The translations under genes were made by a program, and so were the position numbers. Below, piece after piece: positions 11,301-23,200 of a DNA stretch of 64,000 bases. The notes under the pieces are model-generated. The model was not told the DNA's origin. It made no database searches and saw only the letters and a list, made by a program, of their open reading frames with translations. This DNA comes from an uncultured Ardenticatenaceae bacterium (GTDB lineage: Bacteria; Chloroflexota; Anaerolineae; Promineifilales; Promineifilaceae), in assembly GCA_964581605.1 (NCBI GenBank), contig CAZOPF010000001.1:45786-109785 (forward strand), read 5' to 3'. Every line of letters starts with the position of its first letter. Position 1 is the stretch's first letter.

Positions 11301-14300
11301 CACTCTGCTCACCTTTGAACTGGACCAGACCGGGAAGCCCACATGGGCCGAAGTGGCGGCCGCCTGGGTGCAGGGCCAGCAAATGTCTTCATCCGCCCAA
11401 ACACGCTTTTACCTGCCAGATTTTCCTATGTCCCAATTATGGCTGGCCGACGCAGAAAACCCACTGTTTATCAGCGATTTGGAAGTGGACGAGCGGGTAG
11501 ACGACACGACTAAAATGATGTTCAAGCAGGCCGGGGCCATTGCTGCCATCATCTTGCCGCTCACCGTAGGCGGCCGTTGGGTTGGTCTGGCGGTTATTAG
11601 CTGGGGTCAGCAGCAGGAATTTTCAGCCCAGGAGCGACGTATTTACCGGGCTATTATGGGGCAGTTAGCTTCTGTTGTGGATCGCACCCGCCAGTTTGAA
11701 CGCAGTGAACTGCTCTCTTCCATTGTGGACAACCATCCAGATTTCATTGGGGTCAGCACATTGGAGGGCAAAGCCGTTTATGTAAACCCTTCCGGGCTGA
11801 AGCTTTTGGGTTACGCGCCGGATCAAGATGTATCTCAAATGGATATTACTAATTTCTTTACACCAACAGATGCCCAATTGCTGTTGCAAGAGGGCATTCC
11901 TAGGGCCAGACAGAGCGGTGGTTGGGCGGCGGAAGTGACTTTTGTCACAGCCAGCGGCATAGCCGTGCCCGCTGAGGAAACAATCGGCATTAACTATAAC
12001 GCTGAAAAACAAGCTACCAGTTTTAGTATGACCGTGCGGGACATTTCTGAACGCAAAGCGGCCGAAGCAGCCATACGCACCAGCGAACAACTGGCACGTG
12101 GTTTCCAGGAAAAATTAACCGTCTTGCAAGAAATCACAACGATCCTGGCTGGTATGGATACGCTGGAAGATACGTTCCGGCAGGCAATTCAACTCGGCCG
12201 TACCCGGTTGGGTTTTGATCGTCTCGGTCTGTGGTTGTTTGATAACGAGTTGAAGCTAATGAAAGGCACTTTTGGCACGAACCGCGCGGGTGAACTGATA
12301 GATGAAACGCACCTGAGTCACCTGATGTCGAATTATGAGGAGTGGTTTACCGATATTCTTAGCTCACGTGAGCATCGGTTGGTGCGCCAGGATATTGATT
12401 TGTATGAGGATTATGAGGTGGCCGGCCAGGGCTGGCATGTATCGGCCTTGTTGATGGACGAGGATCGGCCCATTGGGTATGTGGCGGTGGATAATTTGCT
12501 CAACCAACGGCCGTTACAACCCTATGAACCTGATCTGATCACCCTTTTTGCTAATGCCCTGGCCAGCCTGATTATCAATAAGCAGGCGCAGCAAGTGATG
12601 TCCAAGCAAGCGCGGGAACTGCAAACGGTGGCGGAACTCAGCCGTGTCGCATCCACCATTTTGGATACCAATGAGCTTTTACAGCAGGTCGCTGACCTGA
12701 CCAAGGCGCGGTTTAATCTGTATCACGCCCATATTTATCTCCTCAGTGATGATGAACAGCAGTTGGTGTTGGCGGCCGGGGCTGGCGACGTTGGCCGCCA
12801 GATGGCAGCCGAAGGGTGGCAAATTCTGTTGCGGCAAAAGCAATCCCTGGTAGCACAGGCGGCCCGTACGCGCCAGGGTGTTATGGCCCATGATGTGCAG
12901 GCAGAAGCTGGTTTCTTGCCCAATCCGCTGCTGCCGGATACCCGTTCTGAACTGGCTATGCCGCTGATTGCCGGGGAGCAGGTGTTAGGGGTGTTGGATA
13001 TTCAGGCCAACAAACCCAATTACTTTACGGAAATTGACATTAACATTCAGGCCACGTTGGCCGCGCAAATTGCCACGGCTATCCAAAATGCCCGGCAATA
13101 TCAACAAACGCAAGAAGCGTTGAATGAGCTGACTCGGATGCAGCAAATGTTAATTCGAGAAGGGTGGGATTCGTTCCTGACGACCCGTGAAATGGAATGG
13201 CAGGGGTATGTTTATGATCAACGTGAACTGCAACCAATCAAACGGAATGGCGGGCCGGAAACGGCCGTTTCCACTCATGAAAAACAAGTTGCGGTGGCAG
13301 ATGATACGGCCGTGCGTGCTCCGCTGACCGTGCGCGGGGAGACCATTGGCGTGTTAGGGGTACGTGACCCCTCCGGCAAGCCAGTATCGGCCGATAAACA
13401 GCAGCTACTTGCGTCCATCTCCCAGCAAGTAGCCGAAGCATTGGAACGCGCTCGCCTTTTTGAAGAATCAGAAATGAGCCGCCAGCAGTTGGATGCACGC
13501 GCCAAGCAGCTTGCTGCTATTAACCGGGTGGCAACGGTCGTAGCCCAACAATTACAGCCAGAACATTTGCTGGAGTCAGTCTATGAAGAAATCCAGCAAA
13601 TTGTCCCAACCGACAGTTTCTACGTATCCTTCTACCATGAAGAGAGCAATACCCTGGAAATTCCTGTCAACTTTGAAGACGGCCGGCGCATGGCGGCCGT
13701 AACAATGCAGGTTGCCCCTACTAGCAATTCCTACAAAGTGATTCAGACCGGCGAACGACTGCTGGTAAACCTTACCCCCGAACAGGTTCAAACATTACAA
13801 CGTCAGGTACAGGAAAACACGGCCACAGCCGTCGTCGGCGACCGAGACAAACCACCCACCGCCACCCAACTCTTTGTTCCCCTCAAAACAGGGCAGCGGG
13901 TCACGGGCATCATGTCCGTGCAAGCCTATGCTTACAATGCCTACTCACAAGCAGACGTAGAAATGCTCACCGGTATTGCTTCGTATGTGGCCGTTGGTCT
14001 GGAAAACAGCCGCCTCTTTACCCAAACCCAGAAAAGAGCCGAAGAGTTGGCCCTCATCAACGAAGTAGCTCAGGTTGTGTCGCAGCAGCTAGACATCGAA
14101 CAAGTACTGACCACTGTTTATGAGCGTGTTAGCCAGGTGATGAGCGCCGATGCCTTCTCCGTCAGCCGTTATGATGCCGCGACTAACATTTTGGAATACC
14201 TGTTTATCTATGATGCCGGTCAACGACATCAGCAGCCGCCCGCCACCATCCGCAAAGAGAGCATGTCTTATCAGGTCATCACTACCGGGCTGCCGCAATT

Positions 14301-17262
14301 ACGAAACTACACCCCGGAAGAAAATGCTGCCCTGCAACTCTCGTCACCCACGGTCGGATCCGCCAAATTGCCGCCATCTATCATTTTTGCCCCATTGGTC
14401 ATTGGTGGACATACCAGCGGCGTCATTTCGGTGCAAAGTTATGAGTTTAACGCTTATACCGAAAATGATTTGAACTTGCTGATGGGTATTGCAAACCATA
14501 TGGCCGTCGCTCTGGAAAATGCCCGGTTGTTTGCCGAAACGCAGCAGGCATTGGCCGAGACCCAAAAACGCACTGAAGAACTGGCAAGTATTAACGAGAT
14601 CGTAAGCCAGCTTGGTTCTTTGCTGGATATTCAACAGGCGATGAATGTGGTGGCGCAGGGCCTCGTGGAAAGTGTCGGCGTGGATCAGGCGCGGATTGCC
14701 TTGTTCGATGCAACCAAAGAGAACCTGGTTATTGTGGCCGAAGCCTATGATAAGGAGCGTAATGAAAGCGGCTTAGGACTGCAAATCCCGGTGGCCGGTA
14801 ACGAACTAACGGCAGAGGTATTGCGTACGCGCCGGGGCGTTGTGGTGGCCGACGTGGACACAAATCCGTTGGCGGCCCCGGTGCGCGAGATGCTCCAGGC
14901 GCAGGGCGTGCGAGTCTTAGCCGTATTGCCTATGCTGGTTGGTAATGAGGTCATTGGCACGGTGGGCATGGATATTTTGAGCGAGCACAAGACGATCACA
15001 GATGACATGCGCCGTCTGGCCGAAACGATTATTTTCCAGGCGGCCGCCGCCATTCAAAATGCCCGCCTGTTTAGCCAGACGGAAGCCGCACTGCAAGAAG
15101 TACAAACCTTGTTTGACATCAGCGCCCGTCTGAATGCGGCTACCACGCTTACCGAAGCAGTGATGGCAGCCTCTGCACCGGCGTTGGCAGTGGGCGCTCT
15201 TTCCGGGACGCTGTTTAAGTTTGAACTGGATGCGGCCGGAGAACCGGCAATGGTTGAACTGGTAGCTACTACCGCACCGGCCCCCATAATCCCGATTGGT
15301 ACACGTTTCGATCTGGCGCAAATGCCGTCGGCCCAATTGCGATTGGCTACAGGCGAAGGTGTGCTGCTGGTTGAAGATGTAACAACAGAGGAGCGATTAG
15401 ACCTGGCCTTCAGGCAGAATCTATTGCAAACGGGAACCAGGGCCTGTGTCTTTATGACGCTGGCTGTGGGTAATCGGCAATTGGGCAGCCTTCTCATCCG
15501 CTGGAGCGAGCCGCATCCCTTTACAGAATCAGATCGGCGGCTTTATCTCTCCATTGCCACGCAAACGGCATCGGTGGTAGATAGCCTCCTGTTGCTGGAT
15601 GAGGTGCAGAGCCGGGCGATGGAATTGCAGGAAACAACGGGTTTCCTGGATTCGGTTATCGAGAATCTGCCCGTTATGCTGTTTGTGAAGGACGCGGAAG
15701 ATCTGCGCTTTGTACGCTGGAATAGGGCGGGATCAGAGATTACGGGCTATCCGCAAGAGGCGTTTATTGGGAAGAATGATTATGACTTTTTTGGCCCCGA
15801 AGAGGCAGACTATTATACGGCCAAGGATCGAGAGGTATTGGCAAGTGGCACGGTCGTAGATATTCCCGATGAGCCAATTCAAACTGTACATCAAGGCGTG
15901 CGCACACTGCACACCCGTAAAGTACCTATTCTGGATTCTGAAGGTAAGCCGAGGTATCTGCTGGGTATTTCCGAGGATATTACGGAGCGGCGGCAGTTTG
16001 AAGAAGCATTGGCCAAACGTGCCCTGGAACTGCAAATGGTGGCGGAAATCAGTACCACGGTAGCCTCCACTCTGGAAGCCTCCCGTTTGTTGCAAGATGT
16101 GGTAGACCTGACGCGAGATAACTTTGATCTGTACCATGCCCACATTTACTTGCTGAATTCAGAGCAAAATGCTCTGGTGTTGGCGGCCGGGGCTGGCAAA
16201 GCTGGCGCAGAAATGGTGGCGGCGGGCTACAGCATCCCCCTCAACAGCGAGCGTTCGCTGGTAGCTCGTGCTGCCCGCAGCCGCCAGGGTGTGATCGCCA
16301 ATGACGTGCAGGCGGACGAGGGCTTTTTGCCCAACCCGCTGCTGCCAAAAACCCGGTCAGAGATGGCCCTACCGCTGTTGTCTGGTAATCAGGTCATTGG
16401 GGTGTTGGATGTGCAATCGGATAAGGTTGATCATTTTACCACCCAGGATATTAACATTCAGTCTACCTTGGCTACTCAGGTAGCCACGGCACTGCAAAAT
16501 GCCCGGCTGTTTAACCAGACGGAACAACGTGCGGCCGAGTTAGCCACCATTAACGCCATTAACCAGGTCGCCAGTTCGCAGCTTGACCTGGCGACGCTGG
16601 TACAGGCGGTGGGTATGCATTTGCTGGATACGTTTGAGGCTCATGCGGTGTATCTATCTTTGTATGATGAAGCCAGCAATATGTTGAGTTTCCCGTTTTT
16701 CTATGCCCGCGATGAAGGGCATGTTACGGTGCCGGGTCGGCCAGTAGATGATAAAGGTGGTTTTTCAGCGCAGATTGTGCGTAACCGCCAGCCGCTTTTG
16801 GTGCAATTGACTTCCGCTGAAGATGCAGAGAGCCGGGGCGCGAACCTGTCCGGCGGCGGCCGTATGACGGATAGTTTCCTGGGTGTGCCCATGATTTTGG
16901 GTAATCGCGTGGTAGGTGTCATTGGCCTTAGCTCTTATAAGGAAGTACGGGTTTACAATGAGGGCGATTTGAATTTGTTGATGACGCTGGCGGGTACGAT
17001 TGGTGTGGCTATCCAAAATGCACAGCAGTTTGAGACGACTCGCCGCCGCGCTGAACGGGAGCGGATTGTGAATGAGATTACGCAGAAGATTCAAAGCTCG
17101 TTGAGCATGGAGAGTGCGCTGCAAACGGCCGTGAAAGAACTAGGCCATGCTCTCGGCGCTAAATTCACCCAGGTGGAACTCAATTTAAGTGGCGAACCAT
17201 CCCACCAGCCAGCTCATGGTGGCGCTCATAGTGGCAATGGCTCGCGGCGGAAAGCTCGTTAG
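8389..17262 (+). CDS. Giant (2957 aa) membrane sensor: Cache-like domain, HAMP and more than 12 GAF-like modules with 2 PAS domains; no output domain
   Basis: Uninterrupted 8.9-kb ORF. TM helices flank a Cache-like loop. HAMP at about 9990-10140 (FTGPINRLTDTAVIIAAGDLNRQAPVETQDEIGVLAQAFNNMTGQL). Three canonical GAFs (LPNPLLPDTKAEAAIPI, LPNPLLPDTRSELAMPL, LPNPLLPKTRSEMALPL). Four GAFs of the LA.IN....LD type. Three RPEWAEV..AW modules. PAS at about 11710-12050 and about 15640-16000. Tail IVNEITQKIQSSLSMESALQTAVKELG. Confidence 0.9.
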   Translation: MTQLNQELENASAEEAKRANRAFRLLLAIAIIVGLAASIIFLRQLGDGDDDFSDLLEPGLGIIAAVLIGLGAFLARKGQVTLALSVVAIVLFGLDLILITRLSEVGLPLTISLTLILVLLSSQTLPAKTVTWGVVITFLVGGALIILDLFWPTERGGIAVVDLRIVYMAAVSLFIITFVVAVRQFPTYSLRTKLVSAAVSLVIITVILTTVVVNNITRRNLINQLNKQFDTLSASQASAVSELLSREVNVLQAFSLDSGLAGLIRSNNREYAGTEAEIRTIIDQQNAEWLTTPAGQGIVNQYTNNATSSILRNYQYNFPENVDTLVTNRYGALVGVTSQTGLFDHSQEAWWQAAYNNGQGAVYIGIPELNEDTAILGIPIAMPIYSGVEVIGILRTTLTLGQLRELLTETGELGESVQSDMLFGNLRLHDEDDHAVGEEHLVPIDIDPAVLAALRDNQTPNVIGEVEGVDSLIHESPISTSGLIPAVDALGWSIVIHQPEQDALAAVEAQEQVSVVLALTAVAVGSLLAAYFARLFTGPINRLTDTAVIIAAGDLNRQAPVETQDEIGVLAQAFNNMTGQLRAFIGSLESRVADRTQALATSTEVSRRLSTILNLDELVNEVVNQTRDAFHYYHAQIYLFDATKLYLLMAGGTGQAGQDMLAAGHKLRISQGVVGRAAATNQVVLIPDVSQDSNWLPNPLLPDTKAEAAIPITLGNEVLGVLDVQHHVVNGLTEESVALLQSIANQVAVAIQNAQQVEQTNIQYDVASELTQASQPEQILEAASSYGRRLGATSAQLLFIENDASGRPEWAEVRAAWYTEEGGIPTGTRYYLPDFGFTPLWLSSPERPLLITDTTTHEAIVTELRRLYAQIKTLSTAILPLYAQGRWTGLIIFSWNFPQAFTSRDERIFTNLAQQTFSVVEAVQATQRIQDALQEAEQLYQVSQRLSHAISLEDALVAAVQTAIDSNAANATLLTFELDQTGKPTWAEVAAAWVQGQQMSSSAQTRFYLPDFPMSQLWLADAENPLFISDLEVDERVDDTTKMMFKQAGAIAAIILPLTVGGRWVGLAVISWGQQQEFSAQERRIYRAIMGQLASVVDRTRQFERSELLSSIVDNHPDFIGVSTLEGKAVYVNPSGLKLLGYAPDQDVSQMDITNFFTPTDAQLLLQEGIPRARQSGGWAAEVTFVTASGIAVPAEETIGINYNAEKQATSFSMTVRDISERKAAEAAIRTSEQLARGFQEKLTVLQEITTILAGMDTLEDTFRQAIQLGRTRLGFDRLGLWLFDNELKLMKGTFGTNRAGELIDETHLSHLMSNYEEWFTDILSSREHRLVRQDIDLYEDYEVAGQGWHVSALLMDEDRPIGYVAVDNLLNQRPLQPYEPDLITLFANALASLIINKQAQQVMSKQARELQTVAELSRVASTILDTNELLQQVADLTKARFNLYHAHIYLLSDDEQQLVLAAGAGDVGRQMAAEGWQILLRQKQSLVAQAARTRQGVMAHDVQAEAGFLPNPLLPDTRSELAMPLIAGEQVLGVLDIQANKPNYFTEIDINIQATLAAQIATAIQNARQYQQTQEALNELTRMQQMLIREGWDSFLTTREMEWQGYVYDQRELQPIKRNGGPETAVSTHEKQVAVADDTAVRAPLTVRGETIGVLGVRDPSGKPVSADKQQLLASISQQVAEALERARLFEESEMSRQQLDARAKQLAAINRVATVVAQQLQPEHLLESVYEEIQQIVPTDSFYVSFYHEESNTLEIPVNFEDGRRMAAVTMQVAPTSNSYKVIQTGERLLVNLTPEQVQTLQRQVQENTATAVVGDRDKPPTATQLFVPLKTGQRVTGIMSVQAYAYNAYSQADVEMLTGIASYVAVGLENSRLFTQTQKRAEELALINEVAQVVSQQLDIEQVLTTVYERVSQVMSADAFSVSRYDAATNILEYLFIYDAGQRHQQPPATIRKESMSYQVITTGLPQLRNYTPEENAALQLSSPTVGSAKLPPSIIFAPLVIGGHTSGVISVQSYEFNAYTENDLNLLMGIANHMAVALENARLFAETQQALAETQKRTEELASINEIVSQLGSLLDIQQAMNVVAQGLVESVGVDQARIALFDATKENLVIVAEAYDKERNESGLGLQIPVAGNELTAEVLRTRRGVVVADVDTNPLAAPVREMLQAQGVRVLAVLPMLVGNEVIGTVGMDILSEHKTITDDMRRLAETIIFQAAAAIQNARLFSQTEAALQEVQTLFDISARLNAATTLTEAVMAASAPALAVGALSGTLFKFELDAAGEPAMVELVATTAPAPIIPIGTRFDLAQMPSAQLRLATGEGVLLVEDVTTEERLDLAFRQNLLQTGTRACVFMTLAVGNRQLGSLLIRWSEPHPFTESDRRLYLSIATQTASVVDSLLLLDEVQSRAMELQETTGFLDSVIENLPVMLFVKDAEDLRFVRWNRAGSEITGYPQEAFIGKNDYDFFGPEEADYYTAKDREVLASGTVVDIPDEPIQTVHQGVRTLHTRKVPILDSEGKPRYLLGISEDITERRQFEEALAKRALELQMVAEISTTVASTLEASRLLQDVVDLTRDNFDLYHAHIYLLNSEQNALVLAAGAGKAGAEMVAAGYSIPLNSERSLVARAARSRQGVIANDVQADEGFLPNPLLPKTRSEMALPLLSGNQVIGVLDVQSDKVDHFTTQDINIQSTLATQVATALQNARLFNQTEQRAAELATINAINQVASSQLDLATLVQAVGMHLLDTFEAHAVYLSLYDEASNMLSFPFFYARDEGHVTVPGRPVDDKGGFSAQIVRNRQPLLVQLTSAEDAESRGANLSGGGRMTDSFLGVPMILGNRVVGVIGLSSYKEVRVYNEGDLNLLMTLAGTIGVAIQNAQQFETTRRRAERERIVNEITQKIQSSLSMESALQTAVKELGHALGAKFTQVELNLSGEPSHQPAHGGAHSGNGSRRKAR

Positions 17263-17272
17263 GAGTGGTTGT

Positions 17273-20200
17273 ATGGCGATACGAAACAAGCCAAACGAAA
17301 TGGTGATGCCGGAACCGGACGTGTTGTTAGAGCAGCGGGTGGCTGTCTTTCAGCCCATGCTGGAGATTTCCCCTGATCCTTCGATCATTTATGATGCCAT
17401 CGGGCAGGTGGTGTATGTCAATCCGGCGTTTAGCCAAGTTTTTGGTTGGGAATTGTCGGAGCTGATTGGACATCGGCTGGATTTTGTGCCGGAAGAACGC
17501 AAAGAGGAGACAGCCATAGCCATCAATGCCTTATTGCAGAACGGCGTTGCCACCAACTTTATCACCAAACGATTGACCAAAGACGGCCGTGTGCTGGATG
17601 TGCAAACCAGCGCCATTGTTTTGCGGGAGCATGATTCCCCGATGTTTGGCTCTCTGGTCATGATCCGGGACATTACCGCCCAAAAAGAGGCCGAGCGTTC
17701 TCTACGTGCCAGCGAAATACGCTACCGGGAAATGCTAGAGAGTACGCCCGACGCTTATTATGAAGTGGATTTAAGCGGTGCTATTACGTATTACTCCCCT
17801 GGATTAGCTGAGGTGTTGGGCTACCCGGAAGAAGAACTGTTGGGCCTGAGCAACCGTGACTATGCCAATACCGCGAATGCTCGCCAGATTTATGAGGCTT
17901 TTAACCAGGTGTACCACACCGGCCAACCGGCTAAGGCCATTCTCATGCACACCATCCGCAAAGATGGTACGCCGCAAATACTGGAAACCTCTATCGCTTT
18001 GAGGAAAGATGAATCTGGTAATACCATCGGCTTTCGGGGGATTGCGCGTGATGTAACCGGGCTGGTTCGCAAGCGGCAGGAAGCAGAAGAAGCACTGTCT
18101 CACTCAGAAGAGCGGTATGGCACCATTCTGCAAACTATTGAAGATGGCTATTACGAAACGAATTTGAAAGGGGATTTCACTTTTGTAAATGAGCAGTGGG
18201 CGGCTATTCACGGCTGTTCTGTGGCGGAGATGCTGGGCACCAACTATAAAGACTATACCATTCCGGATCGGGTTGATGCCATCTATGCCCAGTTTAACCG
18301 GGTGTACGACTCTGGCGAACCAGTTAAGAGCCTGGTTAATGAAATTGCCACGAAGGACGGCCGTTACTGTCACCTGGAAATATCGGCCTCTCTGGTCCGC
18401 GATAATGATGGTCAGCCAATTGGCTTCTGCGGCATAGGGCGGGATGTGACCGACCGTATTCAAAATGAAGCGCAGTTGCGGGAGTCTGAAGCCCGTTACC
18501 GCACCATCATGGAAAGCATTGAAGATGGGTATTATGAAGCGGACCTGGATGGCAGCTTCACCTTCATGAATGATCAATTATGCGAGGTGATTGGCTACCC
18601 ACGCCATGAATTGATGGGGAAGAATTACCGCGACTATACGACTCCCGAAACGGCCGAACGGGTCTTTGCCACATTTAACCAGGTATATAAAACGGGTGAG
18701 CCGGTGAATGGGTTTGTATGGGAGGCGTTTGGCAAAGACGGCCGTATCCGCCACCTGGAAACCTTTATCCTACCCCGGTTTAATGAAGCGGGCGAGACCA
18801 TCGGCTTCCGCGGTGTGGGGCGGGATATTACACAGCGGGTGCAGGCCGAAGAAGCATTGGCAGAAGCGCTCATAGACCAGGAGCGTATTGCTTCGCAACT
18901 GGCAACAGTGGCTAAGGTGAGCACGGCCGTGTCCACCATCCTCGACCCGCAAGAAATGTTGCTCGCTGTCGTAGACCAGGTAAAAGAGAGCTTCAACCTG
19001 TATCACACCCATGTTTATCTGCTCAACGAAGCGGGAGATACGCTAGAACTTGTGGCTGGGGCCGGGGAAGTTGGCCGCCAGATGGTGCAAGAAGGGCGTT
19101 CCATTCCGCTGACGCAAGAACAATCCCTGGTGGCCCGTGCCGCTCGCAGCCGGTCTGGCATTATCGCCAATGATGTACGCAAAGACCCCCACTTTTTGCC
19201 TCACCCCCTGCTGCCCAACACACGCGCCGAGCTGGCTGTGCCCATGATCGTGGGGAATCAGGTGTTGGGCGTCTTAGACATGCAGGCTGATACCACCAAC
19301 CGATTTACCCAACGTTATGTTAATATACAGACCACATTAGCTACCCAGATTGCTGTGGCCTTGCAAAATGCCCGTCTGTATGCCCAGGCACAACGACAAA
19401 CGGTCGAACTACAAGAAACCTCCGCTCTGCTTGACCAGGTTGTGGAAATCCTGCCCGTAGGTCTCTTTATGAAAGAGGCTGAAAATTTGCGTTTTGTGCG
19501 CTGGAACAAAGCGAATGAAGAGATCACCGGCCTGAAACATGCCGAAGTCATTGGCAAAAACGATTATGACTTTTTTGCCAAAGAACAGGCTGATTTCTTT
19601 ACCTCCAAAGATCGAGAAGTATTGGGTGGTCGGGCAATGGTGGATATTGCCCAGGAAGCCATTGGCACGGCTCATCGCGGGCAGCGGCTGTTGCACACCC
19701 GCAAATTGCCTATCCTGGGAGCCGATGGCACGCCTCGTTACCTGTTGGGTGTTTCCGAAGATATTACCGAACGCCATCAGGCCGAAGAGACCCTGCAAGC
19801 ATCGCTGGCGTTGCAGCAGACGTTACATGATATAAGCCTGGAACTGACCCGTGCCGAAACGTTGAAGGAGTTGTTGCAGCAGGCAATTTTGTTGGGCCAT
19901 CAGCGCCTGAATTTTGATCGGCTCGGACTTTACTTGTTTGAGAGGGAGACACGGCGGTTTACCGGCACGTTTGGTACAGATAAGCAGGGCAATTTGATTG
20001 ATGAACGGGATAGCGTTTTTGATATTAGCGAAGAAGATTATCTGGCTCAGTTCAGTGATATACGGCAGCGGGTTTTTGTGCGGCATGATGCAGAGTTGTA
20101 TGACGCCAAACAGGTAGCCGGCCGGGGCTGGCATCTGACTGTGCCACTGTGGCAAAGCGACCAATTTGTAGGTGCTTTATTTGCGGATAATCTGGTGAGT

Positions 20201-23200
20201 CAACGGCCGTTACAGCCGTATGAGCCGGATTTGCTGGTGGCCTATGGTAGCACCATTGCCAGTTTGATAGAACGCAAACAGGTGGAACTCACCCTGCAAG
20301 AAACAAACACACGGGCGCAAGCCATCTTGGAATCGGTGACGATGCCCATGCTTATCTCCAGGGTGGCCAACGGCCGTATTCTCTATGCCAATGAACTGCT
20401 GGCCGATCTGGTGAATATGCCCCTGGCGATTCTGTTGGAACAGGGAACACCAGATTTTTATGTGCGGGCGGATGACCGGGCGGCCGTTGTGAGTGAGATT
20501 CAGGCCAAAGGCAGTGTAACCAGCTATGAGCTGGAACTCAAACGTACTAACGGAGAACATTTCTGGGCACTACTTTCGGCCCGTTTGTTTAGTTATCAAA
20601 ATGAACCGGCTATCCTGACCACGCTTATTGATATTACCGAACGGAAGCAGGCTCAAGAAGCCATACGCCAGAGTGAGCAGGACATTCAGGAATCATTGCG
20701 ATTGCAGCAAACCCTGCATGAAGTGGGGCTGGAACTGGCTAAAGTTGAATCTTTGGACGAACTATTCCGGCAGGCCATTGTGCTGGGAACGAGCCAACTT
20801 AATTTTGAACGCATTGGGCTGTTTACCTATAACAAAGCCACTAATCAGTTCAGCGGGACATACGGCCGTGATATGCAAAGTAATTTGCGAGATGAAAAGG
20901 AGTTCTCGTTCACCTTTCCAGAAGAAGATTTCAACCTGCGCTTTGGTGATATCCGGCGGCGTGTCGTTGTGGAGCGTGGTGTACCTTTGTATGATTTTGG
21001 CCTCCTCCTGGGGCATGGTTGGCATCTCACAGCGCCTATTTGGCAAAATGATGAACTGATAGGCGCATTGTTTGCTCAGGAACCAACAAATCCAGGACGG
21101 CCGTTGAAACCATATGAAGCAGATTTGTTGGCTTCTTACGGCGCTCTGCTGGCAAACCTCATTGAACGTTTACAAAATCAACTCGCTGTGCAGGAATCTC
21201 TGCGAATGCAACAAACCCTGCATGAAATAAACCTGGAACTTTCCCAGGCCGATAGTATGGACGACCTGTTTCGGCAGGTTATACATCTGGGTGAAAAACG
21301 GCTAAACCTGGAACGTTTTGCCCTGTTTCTATATAACGAGGCGCAAAACAATTTCTCTGGCACTTATGGAATTGATAAAAACGGCAATCTACGTGATGAA
21401 CATGGGGCAGAATATGTCATTAGTGTGCCAGAGATAGTAGACTATTTCCGTGACACGAAACAACGTATTTTAATTCAGGAAGCTTGTGACTTGTGGGATG
21501 ACGGTGTGGTGGTTGGGCAAGGCTGGCTGGTTACGGTACCTGTGCGGCAGGGTAATAGATTAGTGGGCATTTTGTTTACCGATAATTTGATCAGCCAACG
21601 GCCGTTATCCCCCTATTTGCGTGATATCGTTATTGCTTATAGCAATCTCATTGCTAACCTGATGGAGCGCAAACAGGCGGAAGGGTCGGTAACGGCCGCG
21701 CTGGCAGAAACTGAGCGGCTCTATGAGATGAGTGCCCGCTTGAATACCGCCACGTCCATAAGCGAAATCATGGAAGCGGTTGTAGGGCCGGTCGCCGGGC
21801 AAGGTCTGGCGGCGGCGAATTTGTTTTTGCTGGAGGTGGATGATAACGGCCGTCCTGAATGGATGGAAATGGCAGCCAATTGGGTTAACCCTGGCAGTTT
21901 GTTCGCTAATGTAAATTTCCCTATTGGCTCTCGTTTTTATCTGCCAGACCTGCCCGCAGCCAGGCATTGGATTGATAACCCCCACGGCCTCCTTTTGTAT
22001 AGCGACGTAGATCATGACGACCGGCTGGATGATGCCACCCGTGGGTTATATCAGTTGGTTGGCATAAAGGCCGGAGCGAACCTGCCTTTACGCACCGGTA
22101 ACAGATGGGTGGGTTTAGTTACACTTGCCTGGACCCATACGAAGATCTTCACCGAGGATGATCTGCGTACCTATCGGGCGCTGGCCGACCAGACCGCCAT
22201 TATTTTGAATAATCAACTCCTCTTTGAACAAACCCAAAAGCGAGCGGCCGAACTGGCAACAGTAGCCGAAGTGGGCGCTGCCATTACCACCATCCGTGAC
22301 GTAGATTCTCTGTTGCAGCGAGTGGTAGACCTGGCAAAAGAGCGGTTTAGTTTGTACCATGCCCACATTTACTTGTTAGATGAATCTGAAAATCTGATAC
22401 TTACCAGTGGCGCCGGCGAGGTGGGGCGGCGAATGGTAGCCGAGGGGCGTTCCATCCCGCTGACTCAGGGACAATCACTGGTAGCTCGTGCGGTGCGTAC
22501 GCGCCAGGGTGTGATTGTCAATGATGTTACGGCCGATGCGGGATTCTTGCCCCACCCCCTGCTGCCTGATACCAAATCGGAACTCGCCGTGCCCATGATT
22601 GTGGGTGTGGAGGTGCTGGGCGTGCTGGATATTCAGGCCAGCCGGATCAATCACTTTTCTGAAGAGGACATCCAGACTCAAACCACATTGGCCGCCCAAA
22701 TTGGCGTGGCGCTGCAAAATGCGCGTTCTTTTGCTCGTTCAGAAGCGGCCTTGAAGGAGCTGGAAGAGATCACCCGGCGTCTGCGCCGCGAAGGTTGGGA
22801 ATCCTATGTGCAGACCAGGGGACGAAATGGTTTGAGCTATGGGTATGATCAGAAGGAAGTGAAAGCGTTGGCTCTGGCAGCATCGGTGAAATCGCGCTCC
22901 CGAAAGAAAGATACGGCCGTAACCCCTACGCTAATCCACCCCTTGCAAGTGCAGGGCGAATCCATTGGTAATCTGATGCTGGCCGAGCCAACAGCCCTCA
23001 ATGATGATGCCCAGGATATTATGACGGCCGTTGCCGAACGCCTCAGTGCCCACATTGAAAACCTGCGCCTCTCTGAACAAACCGAGCAAGCCCGCCAACA
23101 AGCCGAGCAGTTATTCCAGGGTAGCGCTGCCCTCAATACCGCCCAAACCTATGAAGATGTGCTCAATGCCTTGCGCCAGCACACCATTATCGGTAGTGCA

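Noticed and set aside
17189-17272. N-terminal extensions of track ORFs. 17189 overlaps the upstream gene by 74 nt. Others are at 33269, 32300, 34105, 34936, 39761, 46258, 47032, 47546, 49463, 53328, 58170 and 37741.
   Set aside because: The extensions either overlap the preceding gene, translate the intergenic word-repeat hairpins, use TTG when a nearby ATG has a good RBS, or overlap a consensus promoter. The internal ATG start restores the family-typical N-terminus in each case.
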